From assembly GCA_965227295.1 (NCBI GenBank), contig OZ245742.1, positions 1,728,001-1,792,000 on the forward strand: a stretch of DNA of 64,000 bases. Direction: 5' to 3'. Made by a program: the position numbers and the translations under genes. Under the pieces are notes generated by a model, which searched no databases, was not told where the DNA came from, and was given only the letters and a program-made list of their open reading frames with translations. Positions 51,203-61,124 of this stretch are shown here, piece by piece (the first letter of the stretch is position 1; each line of letters starts with the position of its first letter). Source of the DNA: Leptonemataceae bacterium. GTDB lineage: Bacteria; Spirochaetota; Leptospiria; Leptospirales; Leptonemataceae.

Positions 51203-53116
51203 TCAGGAATGTTCGCGGCGGAGATCGCGAAAGCAAAGCAGCACCCGCACTCCGCCGGACTCGCGTTCGCGCAGGACCAGAAAAGAACGCCGGAAGAAGT
51301 ATTGCAACCGCGAACGAATGTTTCCGAGAGATCGGTTGAAAAGATCCGCCGCCTTCGCACCGCCGAGGCCGCTCCCGTCGTCTTCCACAATCAGCCGGAC
51401 CCACGCACCGCGTCGGCCGGCGTGCACCGTCAGCCGCCCGCGTCCACCGCTCTTCATCCGAAAGCCGTGTTGCAGCGCGTTTTCGACGAGCGGTTGCAGG
51501 CTGATGGGCGGAATGCGAATGTCGCTGAAGTCCCCGTCCCTTGTAAGCTCGAGTTCCAGGCTGCCCTGAAAACGGATGCGATTCAATTCCGTATAGTTTT
51601 TCACGAAGTTCCATTCGTCCTCGAAGGCGATGAGCGATTGATCGGCGAGGTCGATCAAAAAACGATAGTTGTCGGCCAGAGACAGGAGCGCACGCTTTGC
51701 GGCGTCCAGGTTCACGAACATCATGGCATGGATCGTGTTCAGACTGTTGAACAAAAAGTGCGGCGACATGCGATCCTGCAGGGACTTGAGTTTCGCCTCC
51801 TGGAGTTCGCGGCGGGTGGTCTCGAGTTTTTCCGAGAACGTTCGTAGATCGCGACGCACGCTGGTAAGATAGTCCTCGCCCACGAAGAAAACGAAGATCG
51901 CAAACACGAGCAGGCCGAAGTGCAGGAACGATTCGGCTTTGCGGTTTTCGCCGGGTTCCAGAGAGTAGTACAGATCCGGCACGACGCTGGCCGCCAGGAC
52001 CAGGCTGCCGGTAAAGAAGAGATACGCCCGGCTGCCGCCCCGGCGCCAGGCTTCCAGGCCGGAGATCCATACCAGGGTAATCACCACCGCTGTTTGAAGC
52101 ACGAAGAAGACCACCACGAGGGTCATCGCCGCCGTAACGATGTACTGAATGGTGCCGGGGATGCGCAGCAAGAAGAGCGTGATGATCACGATGGGAAAGA
52201 TGTCGGCGACCAGGAACAATTGCCACAGCCGACGGATGATGCGATACGGACCGGCACCGAAGATCTGTTCGTAGAACAACAGCACTCCCACCGGGAGCAA
52301 GATGCCGCCGAAGACCTCGAGCCATCGCCAGGTCATGCCCGGCAGCGGCAGGAGGACGTGCACGATGCGCGTCCAGGCGAGAACGGACACCGCCGCGGAA
52401 AGACACATCACGGCAAAGGCGCCGTAGAGCGCCGGTCGCAGACGCCAGCGCCGAAGATAGAGTCCGCCGGCCACCAGGCCCAGCGTCAAAAAAATGGCAC
52501 CGATCAACAAAGCCGGCGTTTCGGAGAACAGAATGTGCAGCAAGAGATCGTGACGAGAACCCAGGAGCACGTTGCCGTCCACGTTGAACGTACCCTCGTA
52601 CTCTTCCGGTACGTTGCCGCAGATGTAAACGTAGGCGTCGTCTACGTTGGCCGGGAGGCGAATGAGTTCCGGAAAGTAGCTGCGCGGAGCGCTTTCCGAT
52701 ATGTTACCGAAGCGGTCGAGGCCGTTGCGGTAGATGGGCCGTCCGTCGACGAAGATCTCGCCGGCGGCCCCGTCGCCTTCAGCGAAGTAGAGGGCGGGAT
52801 CGCGGAAGGCGTGCTCGGGCAGGGGGACGCGAAACCAGACCTGGGAAACGCCGCCGGGCTTAAAGAGCTCCGAATTTTCACCGACGTTCGTCCACTCCGC
52901 GGCGCGGGCGCGCTCCAGGTCCAGGCGCCCGTCGTCTTCCCGGCGGAGGTGGTCGTCGGGTCGAAACTGCCAGCCCTGCTTCAGCACGACGGGGGGACCG
53001 GCGTTGCCGATCAGGCTGCGACTCCCGCCGTCCCCGCAATGCAGGCCGGGCAGACAGGCCACTAAGATGCAGAAAAGTGCAGTTAGCGGCCCGCGGTTTA
53101 CGAAGAATCGAACCAC
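51203..53116 (-). CDS. LytS/His_kinase-family sensor with periplasmic beta-sandwich and 7TM-DISM-like region
   Basis: MSPHFLFNSLN, LQPLVENA..HG, DDGSG and L.NI..RL motifs. The N-terminus has W.F..D...WFR..L...EIFVDG followed by about seven TM helices. Confidence 0.88.
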   Translation of the reverse strand: MVRFFVNRGPLTALFCILVACLPGLHCGDGGSRSLIGNAGPPVVLKQGWQFRPDDHLRREDDGRLDLERARAAEWTNVGENSELFKPGGVSQVWFRVPLPEHAFRDPALYFAEGDGAAGEIFVDGRPIYRNGLDRFGNISESAPRSYFPELIRLPANVDDAYVYICGNVPEEYEGTFNVDGNVLLGSRHDLLLHILFSETPALLIGAIFLTLGLVAGGLYLRRWRLRPALYGAFAVMCLSAAVSVLAWTRIVHVLLPLPGMTWRWLEVFGGILLPVGVLLFYEQIFGAGPYRIIRRLWQLFLVADIFPIVIITLFLLRIPGTIQYIVTAAMTLVVVFFVLQTAVVITLVWISGLEAWRRGGSRAYLFFTGSLVLAASVVPDLYYSLEPGENRKAESFLHFGLLVFAIFVFFVGEDYLTSVRRDLRTFSEKLETTRRELQEAKLKSLQDRMSPHFLFNSLNTIHAMMFVNLDAAKRALLSLADNYRFLIDLADQSLIAFEDEWNFVKNYTELNRIRFQGSLELELTRDGDFSDIRIPPISLQPLVENALQHGFRMKSGGRGRLTVHAGRRGAWVRLIVEDDGSGLGGAKAADLFNRSLGNIRSRLQYFFRRSFLVLRERESGGVRVLLCFRDLRREHS

Positions 53117-53161
53117 ACACCGCAGATGGCACGACCGCCCTTGCGCGGCTATCGAAAAAAC

Positions 53162-54064
53162 TCAGGTCAGGAATGACGCCAGGTCCGGCGAGATACCGCG
53201 GAGCTTACGCTTGGCCGTATTCTCGATCTGCCGCACGCGTTCTTTGGAAAGGCCGATCATGCCGGCGATCTTTTTCAACGACAGGACCGGTCCGCCGTCC
53301 AATCCGAAGCGCAGTTTAATGATTTTACGCTCGCGATCTTCCAGGCCTTCCATGCTGCGATCGATCTCCCGGCGCAGTTCGTAGTGATCCAGGCGCCGAC
53401 CCGGGGCCTGGGCGCTTTCGTCTTCGAGTTGCTCTACCAGGGAGAAGTCTTCCCCGTCGCCGATGGGGGCATCCAGGGAGGCCGGGCTCCGGCTGATGTT
53501 CATGAGATGGCTGACCTGTTCCGGCCGCATGTCGACGATGTCGGCGATGTTTTCCGGCGAGGTATCGATGCCGTCTTCGTTTTCCAGCATGCGATTGGCC
53601 TCACGAATGCGGCGCAGGTCTGCCGTGCGGTTCAGCGGCAGGCGAATGAGATCGGCCTTCTGCTGGATGGCGTAGCGGATGGCCTGCTTGATCCACCACA
53701 CGGCGTAGCTGACGAAGTGGAAGCCGCGCTCCGGATTGAATTTCTCCGCCGCGCGCATGAGGCCGGTGTTTCCCTCGCTGATGAGGTCCATGAGGTCCAG
53801 GCCCGGGCTCTTGTAACGGCGGGCCACCGTCACCACGAAGCGCAGGTTCGAGCGCACCAGAAGGTCGCGGGCTTCCTGATCCCCGTCCCGGGCGCGCCGC
53901 GCCACTTCCTGCTCTTCCTCGCGGGTGAGCATCGGAATGCGGTGAATTTCTTCCAGGTACTGGTGCAGCGCGGATTTGCTGTTCGGGACCGAGGCTGCCC
54001 TGGATTTTACCGGCCCGGGAGCGTTTTCGCCGGATTTGGGTTTTTTGGTTACAGTGGATGGCAT
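53162..54064 (-). CDS. Sigma70-family factor lacking region 1.1 (group 2/3-like)
   Basis: YL.EI...P.L..EEE, NLRFVV.VA..Y, DLISEGN.GL..AAEKF, SYAVWWI.Q.I and S.ERVRQIE motifs. Confidence 0.9.
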   Translation of the reverse strand: MPSTVTKKPKSGENAPGPVKSRAASVPNSKSALHQYLEEIHRIPMLTREEEQEVARRARDGDQEARDLLVRSNLRFVVTVARRYKSPGLDLMDLISEGNTGLMRAAEKFNPERGFHFVSYAVWWIKQAIRYAIQQKADLIRLPLNRTADLRRIREANRMLENEDGIDTSPENIADIVDMRPEQVSHLMNISRSPASLDAPIGDGEDFSLVEQLEDESAQAPGRRLDHYELRREIDRSMEGLEDRERKIIKLRFGLDGGPVLSLKKIAGMIGLSKERVRQIENTAKRKLRGISPDLASFLT

Positions 54065-54193
54065 AATGATCTCCGGATGATGTATATTTGGATGACGTCG
54101 GCACCGGGAGATTTCAGACAATTTGTCGAATTTTGGGTGTTTCTCAAAAAAAGTGCAGGAATGAATCAAACCTGCTCCAGGGCTACCGCCGCT

Positions 54194-54241
54194 CTATATT
54201 TAGATTGGGTCTAAATATAGCCGGGCCGGAAAAAATGTCAA
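54194..54241 (-). promoter_or_regulatory. Sigma70 promoter TTGACA-N16-TATATT overlapped by a perfect 11-5-11 palindrome
   Basis: -35 at 54236-54241 and -10 at 54214-54219. The palindrome CTATATTTAGA-TTGGG-TCTAAATATAG spans 54194-54220. Confidence 0.75.
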
Positions 54242-54296
54242 GGGAAAAAAGGCAAAACAGGCCAGACTTGTCCAGGGTTTGGCCCTCCGGCACCGC

Positions 54297-56108
54297 ATGA
54301 TTCGACATATCTACCAGGTTCTTGCCGGATATCTCCTCCAATTGCGGGGTCTGTACCGGAGAGAGCTGCATCCTATCCTTTCTCCCGCCTACGCCATTGC
54401 CGCGGCCCTCGGCGTCGCGGTGTTCGTCTATGAGCAGGGATTCTTCCCGGCGGTGGGTTCCGAGGCCCTCCATACTCGCGTCCTGATCGTCCTGTTTCGC
54501 GGAATCATTGCTTATCTCTACGTCTACGAGGCCCTGTCCTACAGCCTGGCCTTTGAGGGAGGCTGGCGGGCCCGGGTCCGCAGCCGCCGACTGCAACTGG
54601 CAATTCTGGTGCTGGTCCCGTTGGTCCATGTCTACCGGGAGACGGTCTTCGCCTTTCTGGGGTTCCCCACGGCCGGCTCTTATTTCTTCGCTCTCCGGGT
54701 GGGCCTCTGCCTGCTTCTGTTCGGGGCCGCGGCGCATCTGCTCCGCCGGCTGCGCTTCATGGAGCTCGGGCGCCTGAATCCTTCGCTGGTCTTTCTCTTA
54801 AGTTTCGCCGGTGTGATCTTAGCCGGTTTCCTGCTGCTGTCCCTGCCGCGCCTGCATACGTCCGCGCTGGCCTCGGTGGACGCCCTGTTCATAGCGGTGA
54901 GCGCCGTCTGTGTAACCGGGCTGACGACCGTGGATATCAACGAGGCGTTCACTTTCTCGGGGCAGGTTGTGGTCCTGGTTCTGATACAGATCGGCGGTCT
55001 GGGTCTCATGACTCTGACCACTTTCTTCGCCTACTTTCTCACGGGACGAGCCTCAGTGAGCACGCGGTTGTTGATGAGCGATTTGTTCAGCGAAGAGAGC
55101 GTCGGCCGGGTGAAGACCATCGTGAAGAACATCGGCCTCGTGACTCTGGCCATCGAAGCCGCGGGTGCCGTCCTGCTTTATGTTTCCATGCCGTCTTCGT
55201 TGTACAGCGAGCCCGGGCAACGCATGTTCCAGGCGATCTTTCAGGCTGTTTCGGCTTTCTGCAACGCCGGTTTTTCGTTGCATGCGGCTTCCCTCGGTCC
55301 GGCCGTCTTCGAACCCGCCTCGGGTCAGTTGTATGTCAGCGTGCACATGCTGCTGATCGTGCTCGGCGGGCTCGGGTTTCCGGTCATCGTGGAACTGGCG
55401 CGCCTGGCGCTGGAACGCAAGAATCCGTACGCGCGCCTGGCCCTGTCCACGCGGTTGGTGTTGGTGGTGAACGCCGCACTCTGGTCGGTCGGGGCCGTGG
55501 GCTATCTGTTGCTCGAACACGAACATACCCTGGGCAGCCTGGCCTGGGGCGATCGGTTGTGGCACTCTCTGTTTTACAGCGTGACCATGCGTACGGCCGG
55601 CTTTAATACGTTGCCGGTATCCGAGGTCGGCGCCGCCACGGCGTTCTTTACATTGCTGTTTATGTGGATCGGCGCGTCGCCCATGTCGACGGGCGGCGGC
55701 ATCAAGACCACGACCTTCGGCCTCGCCGTGCTGCACATTCTGGACGTCGTGCAGGGCAAAGGACGGGTCGAGGTCTTTCACAAGACCGTCGGTTCCGCGA
55801 GCGTGAATCGCGCCTTCGCCGTCGTCGTGCTTTCGCTCACGTTCATTTTCGCCGGCGTCTTTCTGCTGGTGATGATCGAACCGTTTCCGTTTCTCGACAT
55901 TGCCTTTGAGACCGTGTCGGCCTTCGGTACGGTGGGGCTTTCGCGCGGCATCACCACGGAACTCAGCACCGCGGGCAAACTCATTCTCTGCGTGTTGATG
56001 TTGTGCGGGCGCGTCGGCGTGCTCAGCGTGTTGATCGCGCTGACACCGAAAGAAGGGCGCGCCGGTCGCACTTATCGTTATCCCGAGGAACATGTCGTGG
56101 TCGGCTGA
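54297..56108 (+). CDS. trkH: TrkH/KtrB potassium uptake membrane subunit
   Basis: SA.CVTGL, LIQIGGLG, SAFCNAGF, RTAGF, STGGGIK and SAFGTVGLS motifs. Confidence 0.9.
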   Translation: MIRHIYQVLAGYLLQLRGLYRRELHPILSPAYAIAAALGVAVFVYEQGFFPAVGSEALHTRVLIVLFRGIIAYLYVYEALSYSLAFEGGWRARVRSRRLQLAILVLVPLVHVYRETVFAFLGFPTAGSYFFALRVGLCLLLFGAAAHLLRRLRFMELGRLNPSLVFLLSFAGVILAGFLLLSLPRLHTSALASVDALFIAVSAVCVTGLTTVDINEAFTFSGQVVVLVLIQIGGLGLMTLTTFFAYFLTGRASVSTRLLMSDLFSEESVGRVKTIVKNIGLVTLAIEAAGAVLLYVSMPSSLYSEPGQRMFQAIFQAVSAFCNAGFSLHAASLGPAVFEPASGQLYVSVHMLLIVLGGLGFPVIVELARLALERKNPYARLALSTRLVLVVNAALWSVGAVGYLLLEHEHTLGSLAWGDRLWHSLFYSVTMRTAGFNTLPVSEVGAATAFFTLLFMWIGASPMSTGGGIKTTTFGLAVLHILDVVQGKGRVEVFHKTVGSASVNRAFAVVVLSLTFIFAGVFLLVMIEPFPFLDIAFETVSAFGTVGLSRGITTELSTAGKLILCVLMLCGRVGVLSVLIALTPKEGRAGRTYRYPEEHVVVG

Positions 56109-56143
56109 GGTCCGGCCGCTTTACTTTAGAAGGAGCAAACATT

Positions 56144-56827
56144 ATGGCGCGACGAAGATTTGCAGTCATCGGCCTGGGGGAGTTCGGTACCATACTCACC
56201 CGCGGGCTCTTCGAAGCGGGGCACGAGGTCCTCGCCATCGACAATGATATGAACAACGTCGAGGCGGCCTCCACGTACTCGACTCACGCCGTGCAGTTGG
56301 ACGCCTGCGATGAAAACGCTCTGCACACGCAGGAACTGGAGGACATGGACGCCGTCATCATTGCCATCACCGAGTTCGAAAGCCTGATTACGAGCGCGGA
56401 CATCGTGCGCAAGGTCGAGGGGCCGCGCATCCTCGCGCGCTATCAGACCGGCCTCGAACGTAAAATCTTACACATGCTCGGTATTGCCGATACGTTCAAT
56501 CCCGACGAAGAAGCGGCGCGCAATCTCGTGGAACAACTGTCCAATCCCGGCTTTCATACGAGCCGGGTCCTGGAAGAGGATTACAACATCATGGAACTTC
56601 GCGCGCCGAAGTCTATGGCCGGTCAGAGCCTCGAAACCTGCGGCCTGCGCCGGAAGTACAACCTGAACCTGGTGACCATCAAGCGTCGGAAAGAATCCGA
56701 AGACGACGAGGTGCAGCAGAAAATCCTGGGCGTGCCCTACGGAGACACCGTCATCGAAGAAGGAGATACCCTGGTGCTCTTTGGTCGCAAGGCACATCTG
56801 GAAAACTTTGTGGATGATACGACTTAG
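56144..56827 (+). CDS. trkA: TrkA/KtrA RCK regulatory subunit
   Basis: AAGGAG RBS, FAVIGLG.FG motif and an RCK_C domain. Confidence 0.88.
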   Translation: MARRRFAVIGLGEFGTILTRGLFEAGHEVLAIDNDMNNVEAASTYSTHAVQLDACDENALHTQELEDMDAVIIAITEFESLITSADIVRKVEGPRILARYQTGLERKILHMLGIADTFNPDEEAARNLVEQLSNPGFHTSRVLEEDYNIMELRAPKSMAGQSLETCGLRRKYNLNLVTIKRRKESEDDEVQQKILGVPYGDTVIEEGDTLVLFGRKAHLENFVDDTT

Positions 56828-56829
56828 AG

Positions 56830-58659
56830 TCAGTCGTTTACTTCGTGCGCGCTGATGCTCTCCGCGTCGAGGTGAATGACGATCTGCCCCGGCTTCGGTT
56901 CGATGACGGTATCCTCGGCAACGACCAGAAGCTGTTTGTCCTCCCCCGGCGTCAGGACGAACAACGGCATGACGTTTTCGGGGCCGTGGTGTTCCAGGAG
57001 TCGTGAGTACGGATACTTCTCGGTGATCGGTGTCGCGTGGATTTGCGCGCCGTCGCGCAACGCGGCGATCAACTGTTCGTGGGTGGCGTGAGCCGAAAAC
57101 AGCCGGCGGCCGTGGAGTTCCGAAGAAAGTCGGCGCGGGCCGGGCCGGCTTTCCGGTTCTTCGGAGAAGGGCAATTGGTAGACGGAGTGTTTGCCGAAGC
57201 TTTTCTCGAAGTTCAGTGCGGCGAGAGCGTTGACCTCCCGGTTCGGCGTCATCGCTAACATACGGCCGATACCGGTTAAGTCCAGTTCGTCGCCGGCTTC
57301 TTCGGCCAGGGCGCTGCCGTGATGAGCGCGCAGTCCGTCCAGGTGCGCCCGGGTAATGTTCTCGCGGTTTGTGTCGGTCAACAGAACGGCAAAGTCGTTC
57401 TCTTTGAGAACGCGTCCGAGTCTGCGAGCGACGATGTCGGCGCCGATGATCAAACATCCCTGGGGGTCCGCGTCGGCGATGCGCAGGCGTCGCGCCAGGG
57501 GCAGCGCGCCCAGGCCGTAGACCAGGATCGTTCCCACAATCACGAAAAAGATGATCGGGGCCAGGCGATCGGCACCCTCTACGCCGCGTTCGGCGAGTTC
57601 CAGGGCAAAGAGCGAGGCCACCGCGGCGGCGACGATTCCCCGGGGCGCCATCATCGCCAGGAAGAAACGCTCCCGCCAGTTGAGTTCGGCGCGGACTGTC
57701 GAGAGCAGGATTGCCGCGGGGCGCACGAGCAGGATCAGAGCCGCCAGGAACAGCGCCGCCCGGAAGTCGATGGCTGCCAGGTCCGTAACCTCAAGGCGCG
57801 CGCTCAGAATAATGAATAACGATGAGAGCAAAATTACGCGCAGGTTTTCTTTGAATTCGATGATGTGATGCACGCGGACCCGGGACTGATTCGCTAACAA
57901 TATACCCATCAAAGTTACGGTGAAGAGACCGCTCTCGGCCTGGAGCAGGTTCGAGACACCGAAGACGCCGACGACCACGGCCACGGTAACCGGGTTTTGC
58001 AGAGACTCCGGCAGGAGGCGTCGTTTCAGGGCGAATACGATGACGGCCGCGCCGCCGGCCGCGAGCAGGCCGCCCAGAAAGAGCGTCTTTGCCAGGCCTT
58101 CCAGAGCCAGAACGGTAATCTCATTCACGCCGGAGGCGTAGAGGCTCTCGTAGACCAGGACCGCCAGCAGGGCGCCGATGGGATCATTGAGAATGCCTTC
58201 CCACTTCAGAACCGCGTTGATGCGACCGGCCGGGCGCACCAGACGCAGGATCGGCAGAATGACCGTGGGGCCGGTGACGACCAGGACCGCGCCGGTGAGC
58301 ACGGACAGGGCAAAGCCGAATTCCAGCAAGTAGTACGCCGCCGCCGTGCCGCCGCCCCAGGCAATGAGGGCGCCGACGCTCACTAAGTTGCGAACAGTAG
58401 AGGCTACGGAGCGGATCTCTCGCCAGCGCAGCGTAAGGCCGCCTTCGAAGAGAATGATCGCCACCGACAGGCTGACCAGCGGAAAGAGCAGGTCGCCCAG
58501 GAGTTCGTCCGGGTTCACCAAACCCGTGCCCGGCCCCAGGATCAAGCCCGCGGCGAGCAGGAAGAGAATGGAAGGGATGCGCAGGACCCAGGCGGCCCAA
58601 CTGGCGGTAATGCCGATGATGATGATTAAAGCGATGCCGATTAACTGATGTTCGTGCAA
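56830..58659 (-). CDS. CPA1/NhaP-type cation:proton antiporter with C-terminal Rossmann-like domain
   Basis: ILFEGGL.L, TGPTV, WEG..NDP.G and APRGIVAAAV motifs. Confidence 0.88.
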   Translation of the reverse strand: MHEHQLIGIALIIIIGITASWAAWVLRIPSILFLLAAGLILGPGTGLVNPDELLGDLLFPLVSLSVAIILFEGGLTLRWREIRSVASTVRNLVSVGALIAWGGGTAAAYYLLEFGFALSVLTGAVLVVTGPTVILPILRLVRPAGRINAVLKWEGILNDPIGALLAVLVYESLYASGVNEITVLALEGLAKTLFLGGLLAAGGAAVIVFALKRRLLPESLQNPVTVAVVVGVFGVSNLLQAESGLFTVTLMGILLANQSRVRVHHIIEFKENLRVILLSSLFIILSARLEVTDLAAIDFRAALFLAALILLVRPAAILLSTVRAELNWRERFFLAMMAPRGIVAAAVASLFALELAERGVEGADRLAPIIFFVIVGTILVYGLGALPLARRLRIADADPQGCLIIGADIVARRLGRVLKENDFAVLLTDTNRENITRAHLDGLRAHHGSALAEEAGDELDLTGIGRMLAMTPNREVNALAALNFEKSFGKHSVYQLPFSEEPESRPGPRRLSSELHGRRLFSAHATHEQLIAALRDGAQIHATPITEKYPYSRLLEHHGPENVMPLFVLTPGEDKQLLVVAEDTVIEPKPGQIVIHLDAESISAHEVND

Positions 58660-58688
58660 GATTAACTCCGGATGCGTTCAGGTTACGC

Positions 58689-61124
58689 TTATTCCTTGTT
58701 GCCTTCGACGTTCTGGGTGAAGAGATGCACGTCCCGCTGGGGAAAGGGAATCGTAATGCCCGCCGCGTTGATCTCTCGAAGAATTGCTAAGTGCAACTCA
58801 CTTTCTGTTAACAGGCGCCGGTCGAAGTTCGCCGTCCACGCCAGAAGGCGGTAGTCCAGAGAGCTGTCCCCGAAGCCCAGAAACAGGGCCGCGGGCTCCG
58901 GATGATCCAGGATGAACTCGTGTTCCCGGGCGACCCGCCGGAGAATGTCCAGCACCGGTTCCGGGGGCGTGCCGTAGGCGACGCCGACGTTGACCTCCAG
59001 GCGTCGTTTGTGATCGGTGAGGGTCCAGTTCGTCAGCTTTTCCGAAATCAGGTGTGCGTTCGGTACGATGACCTCGGAGCCGTCGATGATGCGAATGCGC
59101 GACGCCCGCAGACCGATGCGCCGGACCTCGCCCATTAGATCGCCGACGAGGACGTAGTCGCCGATCTGTACCGGACGTTCGAGGAGCAGGATCAGTCCCG
59201 ATACGAAATTGTTTACGATATTCTGCAGGCCGAAACCGATACCGACGCCCAGGGCGCCCGCCACGAGGGCAAGTTTGCTCAGATCGAAACCGGCCCCCAG
59301 TAGAGCCACGGTGAGGCCGATCAGCAAAATGGAATAGTGCGTGATGCTGGAAATGGCGTAGGGTACGCCGCGACCCATGTCCGCACGGGTGTAGACGTCC
59401 TCGCGCAGAAAGGCGCGCACGAAGCGTGAGACGAAGAACGAGGCGGTGATCGTGCCGGCGAAGAGCGCGAGGTCTCCTAATGTAATGCGCAGTGAACCTA
59501 AGCTGATGCCCGCGGCGAAGACGGAAGCCAGTAGTTCCAGGACCGCATCGTAGAGACCCATGGATTCCAGCACCGCGGCGATCCACCAGAGCAATCCCGC
59601 CAGGGCGAACAGGCGTTCGCCGCCGCGTTCGATTTCTTCCGAGCGATGGTCGACGAAGTTGATCGTACGCAGGCGCGGGAGTTTCACGATGCCTGCCAGG
59701 AACGACTCCGCCGTTCGCACGCCGGCATAACCGATGTAGGCCAGCTCCAGGGCCGCGATCAGATTCGAACCGATCACCGTGGACAGACTGCGATAGCCGA
59801 TCATGTAGGCCGCCGACGCGAGCAGCAGGACCAACGCCGGAAGCTCCGCCACGCGCAGGGCGCGGTTCCGACCCGGCGCGGTGGGTTGCTCTTCGTTGCG
59901 CAATTCCGAGAAGCGTTCGCGGCGAATCACCCCGTACAAAAACAGCGCAAGCAGCACTTCCACGGTCGGTGCCAGGGCGTGTGTCGGCCCGCCGATGAGG
60001 CGCAGGCGATAGAGGGCGACCAGGACGAGCAGTCCCGCGGCGGGAAGGCGCAGGCGCGGAGCGGCCCAGAGCAAAGGCAATGCGGCCAGCATGGCGGCGA
60101 AGCGCAAAGTGATCGGATCGGCGCCGGGATAGATGTAGGGAGCCCAGGCGACGGCGATGAAGATCGCTCCGGCAATCAGCGGCTCATCGCACTGCGTGCG
60201 GCGCCGGAGCAGCCCGGCGATGATGAGTACGAAAATCAGCACGAGCAGATGACGCAGCAGCAAAGGCCAGGTGAGACCGGTCAGCGCCGCGGACAGGTAA
60301 TTCCAGGCGGTTTCTAATTCAGGCAGCTCCGCCACTTTGCCCGCGGGGGCCCAGAACTCGGGCGTCCACACCGGCGCCGCGTCGCGCCGAAGCAGACGAT
60401 CAAAGCGACGGCGCTGGGCGTTCTCCACGGATTCCAGCGCATCTTCTACGGCTTCGTTCAGTTCCGGGATGCGGCCCTGCAGGGCGAGCAAGGACTGCCG
60501 CCGCTCGCGCAGGTCTGCGTTGCGTTCGCGAATCTTGCGCAGGGCTTCGAGAATGATGGCGGGCAGGGCCGGCTCACCCACCGCCGCGCGACGGGTCTTC
60601 TCCCAGCGCTCGCGCTCTTGCTCCAGAGCGGTGCGGGCATCGTCGATGGCCTGGAGCCGATTGCTCAGATTGCGGGAGACCCGGGCCAGCCGGCGGCGGT
60701 AACTTCGCCAGCGTTTCTCCCGGGCCTGTAGTTCCTCCAGGGAGTCGGAGGTTGCCGGGAGCGCGCCGGAAGCATCCTTGTGCTCCAGCTCCGTGTGGCG
60801 ACGACGGATTTCCAGGGCCAGGTCGTCGAGGTCCGCCTCGAAACCTTCGAGATCGTCGGCCGGCGGAAGCGGGCGCATGATGCGATCCAGATGCTCTCCG
60901 AGGCGCCCGGCTTCTTCGGCGGCGATCGAGAGCGGAATCGCTTCCGCCGCCTCAGTGTCTTCCGGGGCCTCCGCGTTCTCCTGGGCATACGTCGATCGGG
61001 GCAGAATAACGAACGTACAAAAAATGAGTGCCAGAATTGATTTTAGAATTCGATCGCGGCGCGCCTCCTGGATGGAAGGCGCCGATATCGGTACTCTGGA
61101 ATCGGAGGCATAATATGAATTCAT
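58689..61124 (-). CDS. Large MscS/MscK-like mechanosensitive channel
   Basis: Periplasmic coiled coil and TM bundle, then GALGVGIGFGLQNIVNNFVSG.I.L.ERP...GD, VPN..L and FPQRD. The start is uncertain. Confidence 0.88.
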   Translation of the reverse strand: MNSYYASDSRVPISAPSIQEARRDRILKSILALIFCTFVILPRSTYAQENAEAPEDTEAAEAIPLSIAAEEAGRLGEHLDRIMRPLPPADDLEGFEADLDDLALEIRRRHTELEHKDASGALPATSDSLEELQAREKRWRSYRRRLARVSRNLSNRLQAIDDARTALEQERERWEKTRRAAVGEPALPAIILEALRKIRERNADLRERRQSLLALQGRIPELNEAVEDALESVENAQRRRFDRLLRRDAAPVWTPEFWAPAGKVAELPELETAWNYLSAALTGLTWPLLLRHLLVLIFVLIIAGLLRRRTQCDEPLIAGAIFIAVAWAPYIYPGADPITLRFAAMLAALPLLWAAPRLRLPAAGLLVLVALYRLRLIGGPTHALAPTVEVLLALFLYGVIRRERFSELRNEEQPTAPGRNRALRVAELPALVLLLASAAYMIGYRSLSTVIGSNLIAALELAYIGYAGVRTAESFLAGIVKLPRLRTINFVDHRSEEIERGGERLFALAGLLWWIAAVLESMGLYDAVLELLASVFAAGISLGSLRITLGDLALFAGTITASFFVSRFVRAFLREDVYTRADMGRGVPYAISSITHYSILLIGLTVALLGAGFDLSKLALVAGALGVGIGFGLQNIVNNFVSGLILLLERPVQIGDYVLVGDLMGEVRRIGLRASRIRIIDGSEVIVPNAHLISEKLTNWTLTDHKRRLEVNVGVAYGTPPEPVLDILRRVAREHEFILDHPEPAALFLGFGDSSLDYRLLAWTANFDRRLLTESELHLAILREINAAGITIPFPQRDVHLFTQNVEGNKE

